Source of the DNA: Perkinsela sp. CCAP 1560/9
Taxonomy: Eukaryota > Protista > Euglenozoa: Kinetoplastea
DNA: 64,000 bases
Reading direction: 5' to 3'
Assembly (NCBI GenBank): GCA_965644495.1
Contig: CBFFSA010000007.1
Span: 682,001 to 746,000, forward strand
Part shown: piece after piece, positions 44,778 to 54,760 of the stretch
Numbering within the stretch: the first letter of the stretch is position 1
Layout: each line of letters opens with the position of its first letter
The notes under the pieces: model-generated
What the model saw: only the letters and a program-made list of their open reading frames with translations
Databases searched by the model: none
Told to the model about the DNA's origin: nothing
Translations under genes and position numbers: made by a program

Positions 44778-45611
44778 TCACCAAACGTCGGTCTCTTTTC
44801 TCATTTGTTCCAAAGCATTGCCGGGATGATGAGGTGGAAACCGAGGGATTTCTACATCATCTGCTTCCTGATGATCAATGTTCACATTCGAGAAAATCGT
44901 CCCCGTAGTTCTTAGAATCCGGTTCCCACTGAGTCGTATCGCAGTATCACATGTTTCGGGAGAAAGAATTACCGTGTCAAAGTAGTTGTCGCGAAGACTG
45001 AGATGAGTTAGACGACTCGGCAACTTCGTCAGATCGATAAGGCCTTTTAGAGCATTACCTGTCAGATTGATCCGCTGTACATTCGGAGGAAGATGCGTCA
45101 GGTCAGCGTGGCCGGTGAACAAATTTCGCCACGCAAGTAACGAAACAAGCTTTGGAGGAAGTGACGTTAGGTTAATTTCACCAGAAAATTTGTTGACAAA
45201 AATCTGAAGCGTCAGCAATCCTTGGGGAAGAGCATCAAAAGAGCAAGATCCTTGCAGGGTACGATGATTCTCCAAATAGATATCCACCACTGACTCGGGT
45301 ACGTAACCCCATGAAAGATTGCCACGCAGAGCTGCATGCTTTAATTCGAAACAAAGAGCAGAGTAGTCCCAGATTAACCGCGCCACACGCTGTTCTGAAT
45401 CACAATACACTCCGAACCACTGACAAGGGGAAACCGGTTGAGCTCCCCACAACCAATGTGACTTTGACAGCACCCATGAGGAATGCTTGTTCTCAATATG
45501 CTCAACAAGTCTCGTTATTAAGTCCTCTTGAGGAAGCGTGACGCGACTCACTCGATGAGGCCTTGCTTGCACATCAGCAAAGGAAAAAGCCAAAATACGA
45601 TCAGGTATCAT
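44778..45611 (-). CDS. Leucine-rich repeat protein
   Basis: SPCQWFGVYCD cap and LPxxL...NxFxG repeats; paralogous in style to the LRR genes at 15492 and 42214. Confidence 0.9.
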   Translation of the reverse strand: MIPDRILAFSFADVQARPHRVSRVTLPQEDLITRLVEHIENKHSSWVLSKSHWLWGAQPVSPCQWFGVYCDSEQRVARLIWDYSALCFELKHAALRGNLSWGYVPESVVDIYLENHRTLQGSCSFDALPQGLLTLQIFVNKFSGEINLTSLPPKLVSLLAWRNLFTGHADLTHLPPNVQRINLTGNALKGLIDLTKLPSRLTHLSLRDNYFDTVILSPETCDTAIRLSGNRILRTTGTIFSNVNIDHQEADDVEIPRFPPHHPGNALEQMRKETDVW

Positions 45612-46274
45612 TCGAATGTTGCAGACAATGTAGAAAAAAAATACGTACTCCTGTTCTGAAGGCTTTTGTCGTCCGTAGTGCCTTCTTCCAAAAATCGAAA
45701 TTAATTTTCAAAAATATATTCAAATCAAGAAACGAAATATTATACGTGCACAGGTATTGAAATACATATCTAATTTCTACAGGTCGTTGGTAAGTACCAC
45801 GTCGTTCGTATGGTTCTGCATCTAATTTCAAGGTAAAGAGTTTACAAGTACATGTAAAGAATATGCAGGCGGACATATCATGTAGATGTCGCTATCGCGG
45901 AAATAATTAGATCCATGAGATACAACCCCTCAAAACGTCCGAAATGCTAGGCGCAAAATGATGGCCGCAAAAGTGTGTTGTGTCATCTCGAAATTGAGTT
46001 TCGAAAATGGTACAGAATTGGTTTCGAAAGTAGGTACTATACCTATTTGAGTTATGCAGTTAATTTTCGAATATGTAGATTCGAACTGTATCCTGCCGAG
46101 AAAGAACACGAAGGAAAGCAAAAATGTAGAGCGCTTTTAAAGAGTTCCACCTTTAATAATCGGTTAGGACCACATTGAAATGTGACACCTCTTGATTCTC
46201 CATCCTAACAGTTACTTTAATAGTATAAGGCAACGAAAGACGTGAAAAAATAATGCCTGATAGAAAAACGTCAC

Positions 46275-47783
46275 CTACGAAAATCTCCGATGTGACCGCA
46301 TGATTGTTTGAATATGGTTTGCATTTTCCTCCTGAATAAGAGCATAGGGGTTAGTCTCCTTTTCCGCCACCCTTCGACTTTCAATGCTACAATACTCCAT
46401 CACACACGCATAGGGGGACAACAACAGCTGGTAATCCAGCACAATCGGGGTCGCAAAAAAGGCAAAGAAAATAACCAGCGCCACGACGGTGGCCACAGAA
46501 AACACGGCCGTGCCTACCCAGTACGCCGCAGCGAGGTAGGAGGTCGTGTTTAACACGTGGTTGGTCCCGAAACACCGTTTCAGTAGACTCAGCGTCTGGG
46601 ACAGGGTAAACACCGCCACCACGGGCAGGACCAGCAGCAGGGTGTAGCTCATGGTCGTGCTCACCAGGTAGTGCAGCCCGGTGGCGCGGGGGAGTACAAA
46701 CCCACACGCGGCCATCTCCCCAAACAGTAGGGCCCCGGAGAGCAGGGCGCGTCGGGAGTACCCGCGGGGGAGCCGCCGGGCGTTTCGCTGTAACGTCTTA
46801 CGTAAGGCTTTGTGTACTGTCCGGGGGGTTGAGCCAATGGGTTGTGACACGGCAATGTTGGTTTTGTTATTGTTGTTAGGTTGCGAGCTGCTGGGAGGTT
46901 GTGCTAACCTCTCACTGGTCCACAGGACCGTGGCACTGGACTCCTCCCCGGGGGCGGAGAGCAACCCCTCATGAGGGGAGAGGGCTCCGAGCTCCGAGGG
47001 GGAGGCACGGAGGTAGGTGTGGGTGAGGGCGGTGTAGAGCCGTTCTCGGGGGAGGTACCAGTTGTATCGAAGGTTGCCACAGGCAATGCCAAGGAACAGG
47101 TAGCACAGCAGACGGAGTTTGAAATAGGGAATCGCGTGGGGGAGATCACCGCCTAGAGCCCAGCCGAGAAGGAAGGCGACAACGTAGTACAGCTCGCGGG
47201 CAGTGTCGGGCATGAATCCCTCGTGGAAGAACATGACGGCAACCCAGAAGGCGAGGAAGTAGGAAATGAGAAGTGGACGACTAGTCCATGTTGGGGCCAC
47301 CTCGGCCGGCGTGGACAGGTTTGTAGAATGCGAGGAAGACCGGAACAGGGCCTTCCATGTAGATAGGGCGGACGATAGAGATTCCCAGGAAAAGTGATCG
47401 GAAAATAGAACCGTTTCCCCTATCGGAAAGACATTCGACTGATTACCCCATTTTATCTTTTGGTGCATTCCCCGCACGTGAGGTTCTGTAACCATTTTTC
47501 TTTCATGTTTTGATGAATTGTTCCGGTCTTTTGACGACGACGTACTTCCAATAGAAGGGCCGCTTTTCGTGGGATACGGTTCTTCATACTGTAGTAAGGA
47601 CAGGGTGAATATAGGAATCCATACCAACAAGCCCCATTTTACACGGCTAAGGGTTTCATTCCAAGTAAGGGGAGGGATACGGTGTGAACGTGGAGTGCGT
47701 GGGGTACGAGGACTTGACCGAGGTGTATGCTTTCCATGTCGACGAGAGGATAGACGACCTGCATGAGCTTCACTGTCATCCAT
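46275..47783 (-). CDS. Multi-pass membrane hypothetical protein
   Basis: 502-aa ORF with roughly 7-8 hydrophobic segments; no family recognised. Confidence 0.7.
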   Translation of the reverse strand: MDDSEAHAGRLSSRRHGKHTPRSSPRTPRTPRSHRIPPLTWNETLSRVKWGLLVWIPIFTLSLLQYEEPYPTKSGPSIGSTSSSKDRNNSSKHERKMVTEPHVRGMHQKIKWGNQSNVFPIGETVLFSDHFSWESLSSALSTWKALFRSSSHSTNLSTPAEVAPTWTSRPLLISYFLAFWVAVMFFHEGFMPDTARELYYVVAFLLGWALGGDLPHAIPYFKLRLLCYLFLGIACGNLRYNWYLPRERLYTALTHTYLRASPSELGALSPHEGLLSAPGEESSATVLWTSERLAQPPSSSQPNNNNKTNIAVSQPIGSTPRTVHKALRKTLQRNARRLPRGYSRRALLSGALLFGEMAACGFVLPRATGLHYLVSTTMSYTLLLVLPVVAVFTLSQTLSLLKRCFGTNHVLNTTSYLAAAYWVGTAVFSVATVVALVIFFAFFATPIVLDYQLLLSPYACVMEYCSIESRRVAEKETNPYALIQEENANHIQTIMRSHRRFS

Positions 47784-48021
47784 TGTACCAGATTTCCATT
47801 CAATAATTTAGGAAAACTCGGAACTAATGTTTAAAATATTATGGTAGTTAAAATACGTAGTCACTGGACGTGATATGGTGGAGCGCTCTATGAACGCGTT
47901 GAACACCATGGATTTATGCTACAAGGCATTTGATCTTGTAACTAATTTAATCTTTATAAGTTGAACGGAGAATATAATGTATGTACACGTGATTCATAGC
48001 TTTGCACGCGTCTCGAAACTT

Positions 48022-50064
48022 CTAATCACGCTCCATTTCCAATGAAAGACCAAGTTCATCCTCTAAGAAATTATACTGAAAAGTAAACCCCTGTTTTACG
48101 CGTTGTTCCCACCCATTCTCGTAATCAAAGTACAAGTAATTCCCTTGCTCACAATCCTCATTCACTGTGGTTGGTTTATTGTGACGTTGAAACCATGTCA
48201 AAAACTTTTTATGGTAGCGCCAACTCTGCCTTTTAAGCTCTCGAGCCGCAAGAAATTGCTGATACGTTGCCTGCTGGTAGTAAAAAATAAAGAAAAGGGT
48301 ATCCGTGTCAAATTTTGAAAAAATGTCCGGAGAGCGAAACGCAGAATGCGGCTCTTGAGGATACCAGGACATGGTGGCATAGGGATTTGGTGGGACGTAT
48401 GGCTTTCGACGTTCCGCATCAAATGGCTGTGGCAGTTGTGCGGCGGACATAGAGAACATTCGCAATGCTTGTTCCGCAGACCACGTCGGGGTATCGGAGA
48501 GAGGCAAGGACTCCACAATAGTCTCATCGGTGCTGTGGGGGGTGGCAGGGCTCATGGCGACGGGTCGAGGCCCTTGCGGGGCAAAGCCTTGTGGGGCAGA
48601 GGGCAAGGAGATGTCCTCAAGGGTGCCGCCCGCGGCAGAACCCAGCGTAATTCGCTCTCCTGTGCCAAGCCGTAGAGTCTTCCCCTCAGAAAGAGGAGTT
48701 GGGCGCTCCGCGCCTTTTCGAGTGCCAAAAGAAGTGGCTCCCTGACGGGTATCTTTCTCCGTGGTCCCGCCGCTCGAAAAGGTTTGAATGGGACTCGCCA
48801 CTTTCTGTGTCGCAGTAGCTGTAGCAGGTACTTTGCCGGGAACTCCGTGAGTCGCAGTCCGACCCTTTGTGGTTTCATGAGGTGCCGAGGCCGTGGTCTC
48901 GACTGCACTCCCGCCTACGCTGCTTGATCCTCCGTTAGGGTGTCCCATCACTACGGGCGCGGTACTCACGGGCGTGAGCGTCTTCACCACCGCCGGTTGA
49001 ATTGCGGGAGCCTGCCCCCCGGTGCGAGGCGACGGTCCTTTCACCATGCCCGCACTCGGAGCATTTGCGTGAGTCTTGTCTTGCATGATCCCTTTTCGGG
49101 CTCCACCCACTTCCTCCGTACGTGCATCTGAAAGTGGTTTACCACTTGTGGTACGTGGCCGATCGCTTTTTTTCGGACTGAGATCCGCCGTCTTGGTCGT
49201 CTTTCCTGATAACACAGATGTGGAGGATTTACCCTCCTCTTCCACTTTCGCGGGGATTTCCTCCGTGGTGACACTGACTGAGGGCTCCCTGGTCCCGAGA
49301 GTGACCCCTGCTGTTTGGGGTGTACTCGGATGGAGTAACCCAATCGGCGTGTCCAGCACGGGGAGGTCGAGGCTCTCATAGGTGTGATCGTCCTCTTCCT
49401 CATCCACCACCCCTTTCTCCTCTATGTAGTACTCGACCGTGTCCTGGGTCTCATCGACATCCGCCGGGACCAACTCGTCGTTGTCCATCATGCGCAAGAT
49501 TTGCTCCAGGGTCGCAATGTGCCATTTATGTCGAGTGCTGCGCTGAGTAGCAGCTTCGTGGGCATCGCCGGAGTGTCGGGAGGAGGTAGATTTCTTTCGA
49601 CCCCCGCGGGGTTGCGACTCGGTGGTTTCCACCTCCAGCTCACACTCGTCCACAAGCTCTTGAAGAGACTGTAGGGACGTGTTGATCCACGAAATGGTGT
49701 GGTGTTTGGCGACTTCAGCAGGATCAGTCTTAATGGGGAGGGCGAGGCCCTCCTTGCTGTATGCCTTCGTCTTGGTTTCTTTCTCCACAACTTTAAAGGC
49801 CTCCATCTTGCCCTCGATGATCTTGCGCGACTCGTTTAAGGAGGTTTTGTCTTTTATTTCAGGAGTACTTTGCCAGTTTTTAATCTGCTCTCTAAGACGC
49901 TGGAGCTTTTTGATTTCTTTTTTTAAGTCGGACTCATGTCTCTCCTTTTGCACTTGGGTTGGGGCAGAGTGTACTTTGTCCCACAAGGCATCAAAAATTT
50001 CAATACCTTCCTGCACCTTCTTTAGTGTTCGTTCGATTTCAGATTGTATTTTGCGACTGGTCAT
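48022..50064 (-). CDS. CCR4-NOT complex subunit NOT3/NOT5
   Basis: RKIQSEIERTLKKVQEG..DLKKEIKKLQRLREQIK..KTKAYSKEGL; NOT-box DTLFFIFYYQ..QFLAARELKRQSWRYHKK..YFDYE. Confidence 0.97.
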   Translation of the reverse strand: MTSRKIQSEIERTLKKVQEGIEIFDALWDKVHSAPTQVQKERHESDLKKEIKKLQRLREQIKNWQSTPEIKDKTSLNESRKIIEGKMEAFKVVEKETKTKAYSKEGLALPIKTDPAEVAKHHTISWINTSLQSLQELVDECELEVETTESQPRGGRKKSTSSRHSGDAHEAATQRSTRHKWHIATLEQILRMMDNDELVPADVDETQDTVEYYIEEKGVVDEEEDDHTYESLDLPVLDTPIGLLHPSTPQTAGVTLGTREPSVSVTTEEIPAKVEEEGKSSTSVLSGKTTKTADLSPKKSDRPRTTSGKPLSDARTEEVGGARKGIMQDKTHANAPSAGMVKGPSPRTGGQAPAIQPAVVKTLTPVSTAPVVMGHPNGGSSSVGGSAVETTASAPHETTKGRTATHGVPGKVPATATATQKVASPIQTFSSGGTTEKDTRQGATSFGTRKGAERPTPLSEGKTLRLGTGERITLGSAAGGTLEDISLPSAPQGFAPQGPRPVAMSPATPHSTDETIVESLPLSDTPTWSAEQALRMFSMSAAQLPQPFDAERRKPYVPPNPYATMSWYPQEPHSAFRSPDIFSKFDTDTLFFIFYYQQATYQQFLAARELKRQSWRYHKKFLTWFQRHNKPTTVNEDCEQGNYLYFDYENGWEQRVKQGFTFQYNFLEDELGLSLEMERD

Positions 50065-50319
50065 GGTTGATAAGTTGATATAAGCCTGTTTACTACACTA
50101 CAGTACTGTGATTTACGAACTTGTTCCAGTAAACATGAATAGGCAAATAAGATGTACGTTCTTTTGGTTCACAATATCTGCTATTTATCTGATTTATATC
50201 TAATTTATCTATAGGTCCTAAATTTATGTAATTGTTTTGAAGGCTTTTGCTTATTCGGTCAAATAATCTATCACCCGGCCGCGTCAGAAATACTGAAGGG
50301 ACGTATAACTGACCGTGTT

Positions 50320-51381
50320 TTATAGGCCTAGTGCTTGTTCATACTCATAGGTTAGCTGAGCACAACATCGAGCCGCTGAAAGCGTATCTGGTGCGATGCG
50401 AACCCGTTTTAAGCCCACACCATGAGCTTTTGCTTCTTTATCCCATAATTCGTCATCGATTTTACCCTCATGTGAAAAACCTCCTATTATGAACACAGGG
50501 GCAATAGGTACATTTTCATATAGGCTAGACGAAGTTTCTACCTCCTTTCGGTTCTTCTTTGTTACATTCTCTGAAGTAATTTCGTTTTCGTCTGTAGCTC
50601 CAGCTGTTTCTGGATTATTGAAGTTGTCGTCCTGTTTTACTTTTTCTGTACTCAGTGACCAAGGATCTATGGGAGCATGGAGACGAGCAAGTTTACGAAG
50701 AGAAGAAACTGGATGCTCTGCAGATGTTGAAAAAATGTATATCGAAGGTGCTGGATTGCTAATTTGTACAGAACTGTAGGATTCTGTTGCGAGTCTATGA
50801 CTATCAACCAAAGTAAGTGGCACGTGCTGAAGCAATGATCCCTTCATAGTTCGCAGTACAGATATCGGGATACTTTTTTTGGCAAAGTCTGATGCGGCAG
50901 AGAGTCCATTCTGCTGACCATGAGCGCTCGCTCGTACTTTGTACTCCAGTAAAACCCCAGTGATCATTTCACAAAATTCCTCTATTTTTAGTGGACAACG
51001 AAGTCGAGGATCGACCCTAATTAGTATTCCGCGTATAGTGCGAAGATAAACCTCCATATGGCCGCTGAGGCTTAGTGCACTGTCTAGGAGCTGCAAGAGA
51101 CTTTGTAAAATCACGTCGGGGCGATATTTTCGAATCTCTGAATCTTTTAATACCCGACGAATATAGGAACGGTGAGATGCGTGCCTAGAGTCTAAGAGGG
51201 TGGGAAGCGCCTCCTTGCTCCCAAATTTCTTTGTCTTTAATTTCGCAGATCGATCGGCATCCTTATGACCTTGTAAAGGCTTTACCGTAGCTACATCCAG
51301 TGCGCACCCATCTAACAAAACAACAACGCGTGACCAGTGATGATTCTCAGAGAGGTTACGTGGAACTCGAGGAGTTTGCAT
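50320..51381 (-). CDS. EMG1: EMG1/NEP1 rRNA SPOUT methyltransferase (divergent)
   Basis: YRPDVILQSLLQLLDS..EVYLRT..LIRVDPRLRCP, VFIIGGFSH, LSAARCC..YE. Confidence 0.85.
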   Translation of the reverse strand: MQTPRVPRNLSENHHWSRVVVLLDGCALDVATVKPLQGHKDADRSAKLKTKKFGSKEALPTLLDSRHASHRSYIRRVLKDSEIRKYRPDVILQSLLQLLDSALSLSGHMEVYLRTIRGILIRVDPRLRCPLKIEEFCEMITGVLLEYKVRASAHGQQNGLSAASDFAKKSIPISVLRTMKGSLLQHVPLTLVDSHRLATESYSSVQISNPAPSIYIFSTSAEHPVSSLRKLARLHAPIDPWSLSTEKVKQDDNFNNPETAGATDENEITSENVTKKNRKEVETSSSLYENVPIAPVFIIGGFSHEGKIDDELWDKEAKAHGVGLKRVRIAPDTLSAARCCAQLTYEYEQALGL

Positions 51382-51562
51382 TCGTATTTAGCTAAGGAGG
51401 TAGTGTCAAAAATATGCGAGCGAACTATTACTGTAGTAGTACTTAAAAATGTATGAAATGCAGCGTATAGAAATCCAGCTGTCACAATGCATGATATGTT
51501 AAGAATCATAATGCTCAAGAATGAATAATGCTCAAGAAATTGAATTGAAAAAATATCGTTAA

Positions 51563-51619
51563 TACAAAGCGACTACTGGTACAAACAGCGACTACTGGTA
51601 CAAACAGCGACTACTTGTA
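51563..51619. repeat. 19-bp tandem repeat, ~3 copies
   Basis: (TACAAACAGCGACTACTGG)n with minor variants. Confidence 0.85.
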
Positions 51620-51977
51620 TTGTACATAAACATCTTTTTTCAGTGGATGACGCTCAGTTAAAAACTTATTCTTCGCTCCATGTAGTCTTTGTACGTCGTA
51701 TTGACGTAGTTGTACTGTTCAAGACATGACTCATATGTAAATCTCGAAGTATTGCATTCAGGTCACCGAACGTACGTCAGAATGATATGAAACCGAAAAT
51801 TATAGCCCGAATACAGTTTACCTTCACCTACTCTAACTATCAATATAACCTCTTTTCCACACATAAAATATCATGTCACTGGTATGCTTAGAAGTATTTT
51901 TGGATTATTTCGGTTACTCCAAGCACGGCTCACACGACTATGTACTGAAATAGACTACATACTAACATGACAACGTA

Positions 51978-54506
51978 CTAAGATGGAGCGCTGCACTTAG
52001 AAAGTGAAGCCATTTGGTTCCAGAATAAACAAGGCGTATTCAAAAGACCAGGTGGCATGTGGAGCTTACTGCACTTCGGCGTGGAGCAACACCCAGACGT
52101 AGAAAATTCCTTACACGGTTTTGTAAGTTTGGACCACTCAGCCACAGAGGAACAAAGCACTGGCACAGGTATGGGCACATATACAGGTATCGCATCATCC
52201 GACAAGGAAAGAAGCGTATCCTTCACTTCCTCGTCCTGCTCTCCAGTTTTTACCTTTGAATCCTCATTAGAACCCGCTGCCGTCATCGAATTTTCACCCC
52301 CCTTCTTCGCTTCCACATCCTTCTTCGTCCCCCCTCCTTCCCTTTGCGTTTTCTTCTTTCCCCCCTCCACCCCCTCCCCCTCCGCCACCCGCGATGGCCA
52401 GTGCGGCGATCCCGCATACACTCTCGGAAACGACCCTTCCGTTTTCATTGTCGCTGCCATCACCCCCTCCTCCTCCTCCTCCCCCGTCTCTCCCCCCCTC
52501 CCCCACCGCCGCACCATCCTCCCCCGGCGCTCCACCTCATCCGGGTGCACGTACGGGCAGCACGCCGCGAGCAGGTGTTCCTGGCACAGCCCCCCTGCGG
52601 GGCACGCCACGGCCTCGTGCACGTACACACACCCGCGGTCGCCGCACGCCCCGAACTCCTTGTAGGCCGCACACGGCAGCGTGGGCTCCGCGCACACCCG
52701 GCAGCGGTACGCGAGCCGGGGGGCGGCGGGGGCCAGGGAGCACAGCTCGGGGACGGGGGTACACATGAAGTGGGGCGCTACCCGGCGGCAGTCGATGCAG
52801 CGCTCCAGCAGGGCGTGCCGGAGCTGGGCGCGCTTGGTGTGGAGACGACGCGCCCGGCGTAGGCTGGCACGGGAACGGGGGAGGGGTGGTTGTGGTTGTT
52901 GTTCATTTTCTTGTTCTTGTTCATTTTCTTCTTCTTGTTTATTTTCTTTTTCTTGATCATTTTGTTGTTGTTGTTGTTCATTTTCTTGTTGTTGTTGTTG
53001 TTGTTGTTTATTTTCTTCTTCTTCTCGTTGTGGTTGTGGTTGTGGTTGTGGTTTGTTGGTTTTGGATTGATTCTTGTTGATTTCGGATGGGGTTGGGTTG
53101 GGTTTCGTTTGTTCGTCGGATGGGGTTTCTGGTTGGTGTGCCTCGGTTTGAGGTTTGTAGGTTTGTGCTTGTGGGTTGTGGGCTTCGGTTTGTGGTTTCT
53201 TAGTTTGTGTTTGTGGTTGGCTTGTTTTTGTTTGTGGTTTGTTTAGATTTGGTTGTTGTTTTCGTGTAGATGGAAAGGCGGAGGACACGAAAACCTTATA
53301 GCCGACGCTGTGGCTACGGAGAGGTTTGGAGCTTCCTGTGGGGGTCGCCTTACGCTGTTGAGTGGTACTGTAATGAGGTCCGGATGGAATGGAGGAAGAC
53401 GGGGGGTGTTTTTGGCTGCGAGGGTAGTGGGTGGATTTAGCTGGAGCCGTGCTTCGAGCGCGTTGATGGGGATTGAAATTCGCTCGTTCATAGTCCTTGT
53501 GAGAGAATCCGTGTCTTCTTGACATCTCCTGGCCGTGTTCTCCTGTGTCTTCGAGAGTCATGGCACCGCGTTCGGTGTAGTGCGCATAGGCAATATCCAG
53601 GGGTACGTAGGGGAGAGGCTGCAAGTCCAACCGACAATCAGTGGACAGAAATTTAATACTATTGCGCTGCAGTTTACACCAGAAATTACGCGTGCCTGCC
53701 TGAAAACTTGCTAGCATGGAGGCGTATTCGCTTAAATCATGGGACGTAGCGAGTGCATGCCGTATGGGATCTTCCTGGAAAGGGAAGTAGTCCCCCATAG
53801 CAGGTAGTCGCAATACACCACGACGATTACGACCGCGATGTTCCTCGGTATGTGTCCCTGTCATTGTCATGGCTAGTGCAATGTCAATGAAATTATGAGG
53901 ACGGAAGGGTGGTGGGACCCTTCCACCTGGCGCTACGCCATACGCTGACTCTGCGGGGTGAATTTGCTGCACTGCAGCAAGTAGAGGACGTGCATCCCAG
54001 ACAGCTTTGCTGATCGTGTTGCACTCCAGCAGTGGGACGAGGTGGGTGAGAACGGACTCTGAGGTTAAGGACGCGGGCTCGCACAGTAATATGTAGTTTC
54101 GCTGAGTAATCGATATCGCTAGGTGCGTGGGAAGGGGTCGGAACGGGGATCCGGAGGGTGAGACGTCGGCCAGATTCATCCAAATCGGACAGAGACCCAC
54201 AATGGCGACGTCCATTTTACGTTGACTCACCCGAGTTGAGACCGTTCCGATGTAGTCACGCAGTTGGCATCCCAGCTCGTGAGGGGTCGAGACTTTTCGC
54301 ACGGGGATACTGGGGGAAAAACCTGTAGTGGCAGTGGAGGTGATGCCACGTGGTTTCGGAGATTCTACATTAGAAGAGCAAGTTTGGAAAGGCTTATCCG
54401 CTGATTTACCATATACACTTGTTGTAGCTCCGTCTGATGCGTCCGGATGCGCTGCCATTCCTGTATTTATCTTGCTTTCTTGGTTCTGAAGCTCCTTGTT
54501 CGACAT
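51978..54506 (-). CDS. Protein with degenerate 3'-5' exonuclease-like N-terminus, Q/E-rich linker and CCCH zinc fingers
   Basis: LVPLLECNTISKAVWDAR..NFIDIALA resembles the DEDDy/EXD core. CAAYKEFGACGDRGCVYVH and CKEFSTSGCCSTPKCSKLH are CCCH fingers. Confidence 0.6.
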   Translation of the reverse strand: MSNKELQNQESKINTGMAAHPDASDGATTSVYGKSADKPFQTCSSNVESPKPRGITSTATTGFSPSIPVRKVSTPHELGCQLRDYIGTVSTRVSQRKMDVAIVGLCPIWMNLADVSPSGSPFRPLPTHLAISITQRNYILLCEPASLTSESVLTHLVPLLECNTISKAVWDARPLLAAVQQIHPAESAYGVAPGGRVPPPFRPHNFIDIALAMTMTGTHTEEHRGRNRRGVLRLPAMGDYFPFQEDPIRHALATSHDLSEYASMLASFQAGTRNFWCKLQRNSIKFLSTDCRLDLQPLPYVPLDIAYAHYTERGAMTLEDTGEHGQEMSRRHGFSHKDYERANFNPHQRARSTAPAKSTHYPRSQKHPPSSSIPSGPHYSTTQQRKATPTGSSKPLRSHSVGYKVFVSSAFPSTRKQQPNLNKPQTKTSQPQTQTKKPQTEAHNPQAQTYKPQTEAHQPETPSDEQTKPNPTPSEINKNQSKTNKPQPQPQPQREEEENKQQQQQQQENEQQQQQNDQEKENKQEEENEQEQENEQQPQPPLPRSRASLRRARRLHTKRAQLRHALLERCIDCRRVAPHFMCTPVPELCSLAPAAPRLAYRCRVCAEPTLPCAAYKEFGACGDRGCVYVHEAVACPAGGLCQEHLLAACCPYVHPDEVERRGRMVRRWGRGGETGEEEEEGVMAATMKTEGSFPRVYAGSPHWPSRVAEGEGVEGGKKKTQREGGGTKKDVEAKKGGENSMTAAGSNEDSKVKTGEQDEEVKDTLLSLSDDAIPVYVPIPVPVLCSSVAEWSKLTKPCKEFSTSGCCSTPKCSKLHMPPGLLNTPCLFWNQMASLSKCSAPS
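52886..53262. repeat. G/T-rich microsatellite-like tract (TTG, TGTGGT, ~21-bp units) inside CDS
   Basis: Plus strand is almost free of A; it encodes poly-Q/E and KPQT repeats on the minus strand. Confidence 0.85.
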
Positions 54507-54760
54507 AAGAGTATACTTTTAGTCTGAAGTAGAAAAAAATGCAAGAATTATAAAAGCGTGTACAACCGTGGGAAAAGAAAAGAAACTTTGAAAAGCTTTC
54601 TAAACGTAAAAATTTGTTTACACGCCTTTATGGAACGAGCCCTGGACTGCGACAATTAGAATCCACGCGGAACCCTTCCTGTAATTATCTATTGGCGTTA
54701 ATCATTTTTAAGAAATCGTTCGGATAATGCGTAGATAAATCACTGTGCCTTACTCTACTG

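Noticed and set aside
48500-49800. Fifth skew island in NOT3/5
   Set aside because: GC is elevated, but the skew alternates and is largely explained by amino-acid content; no clean single switch.
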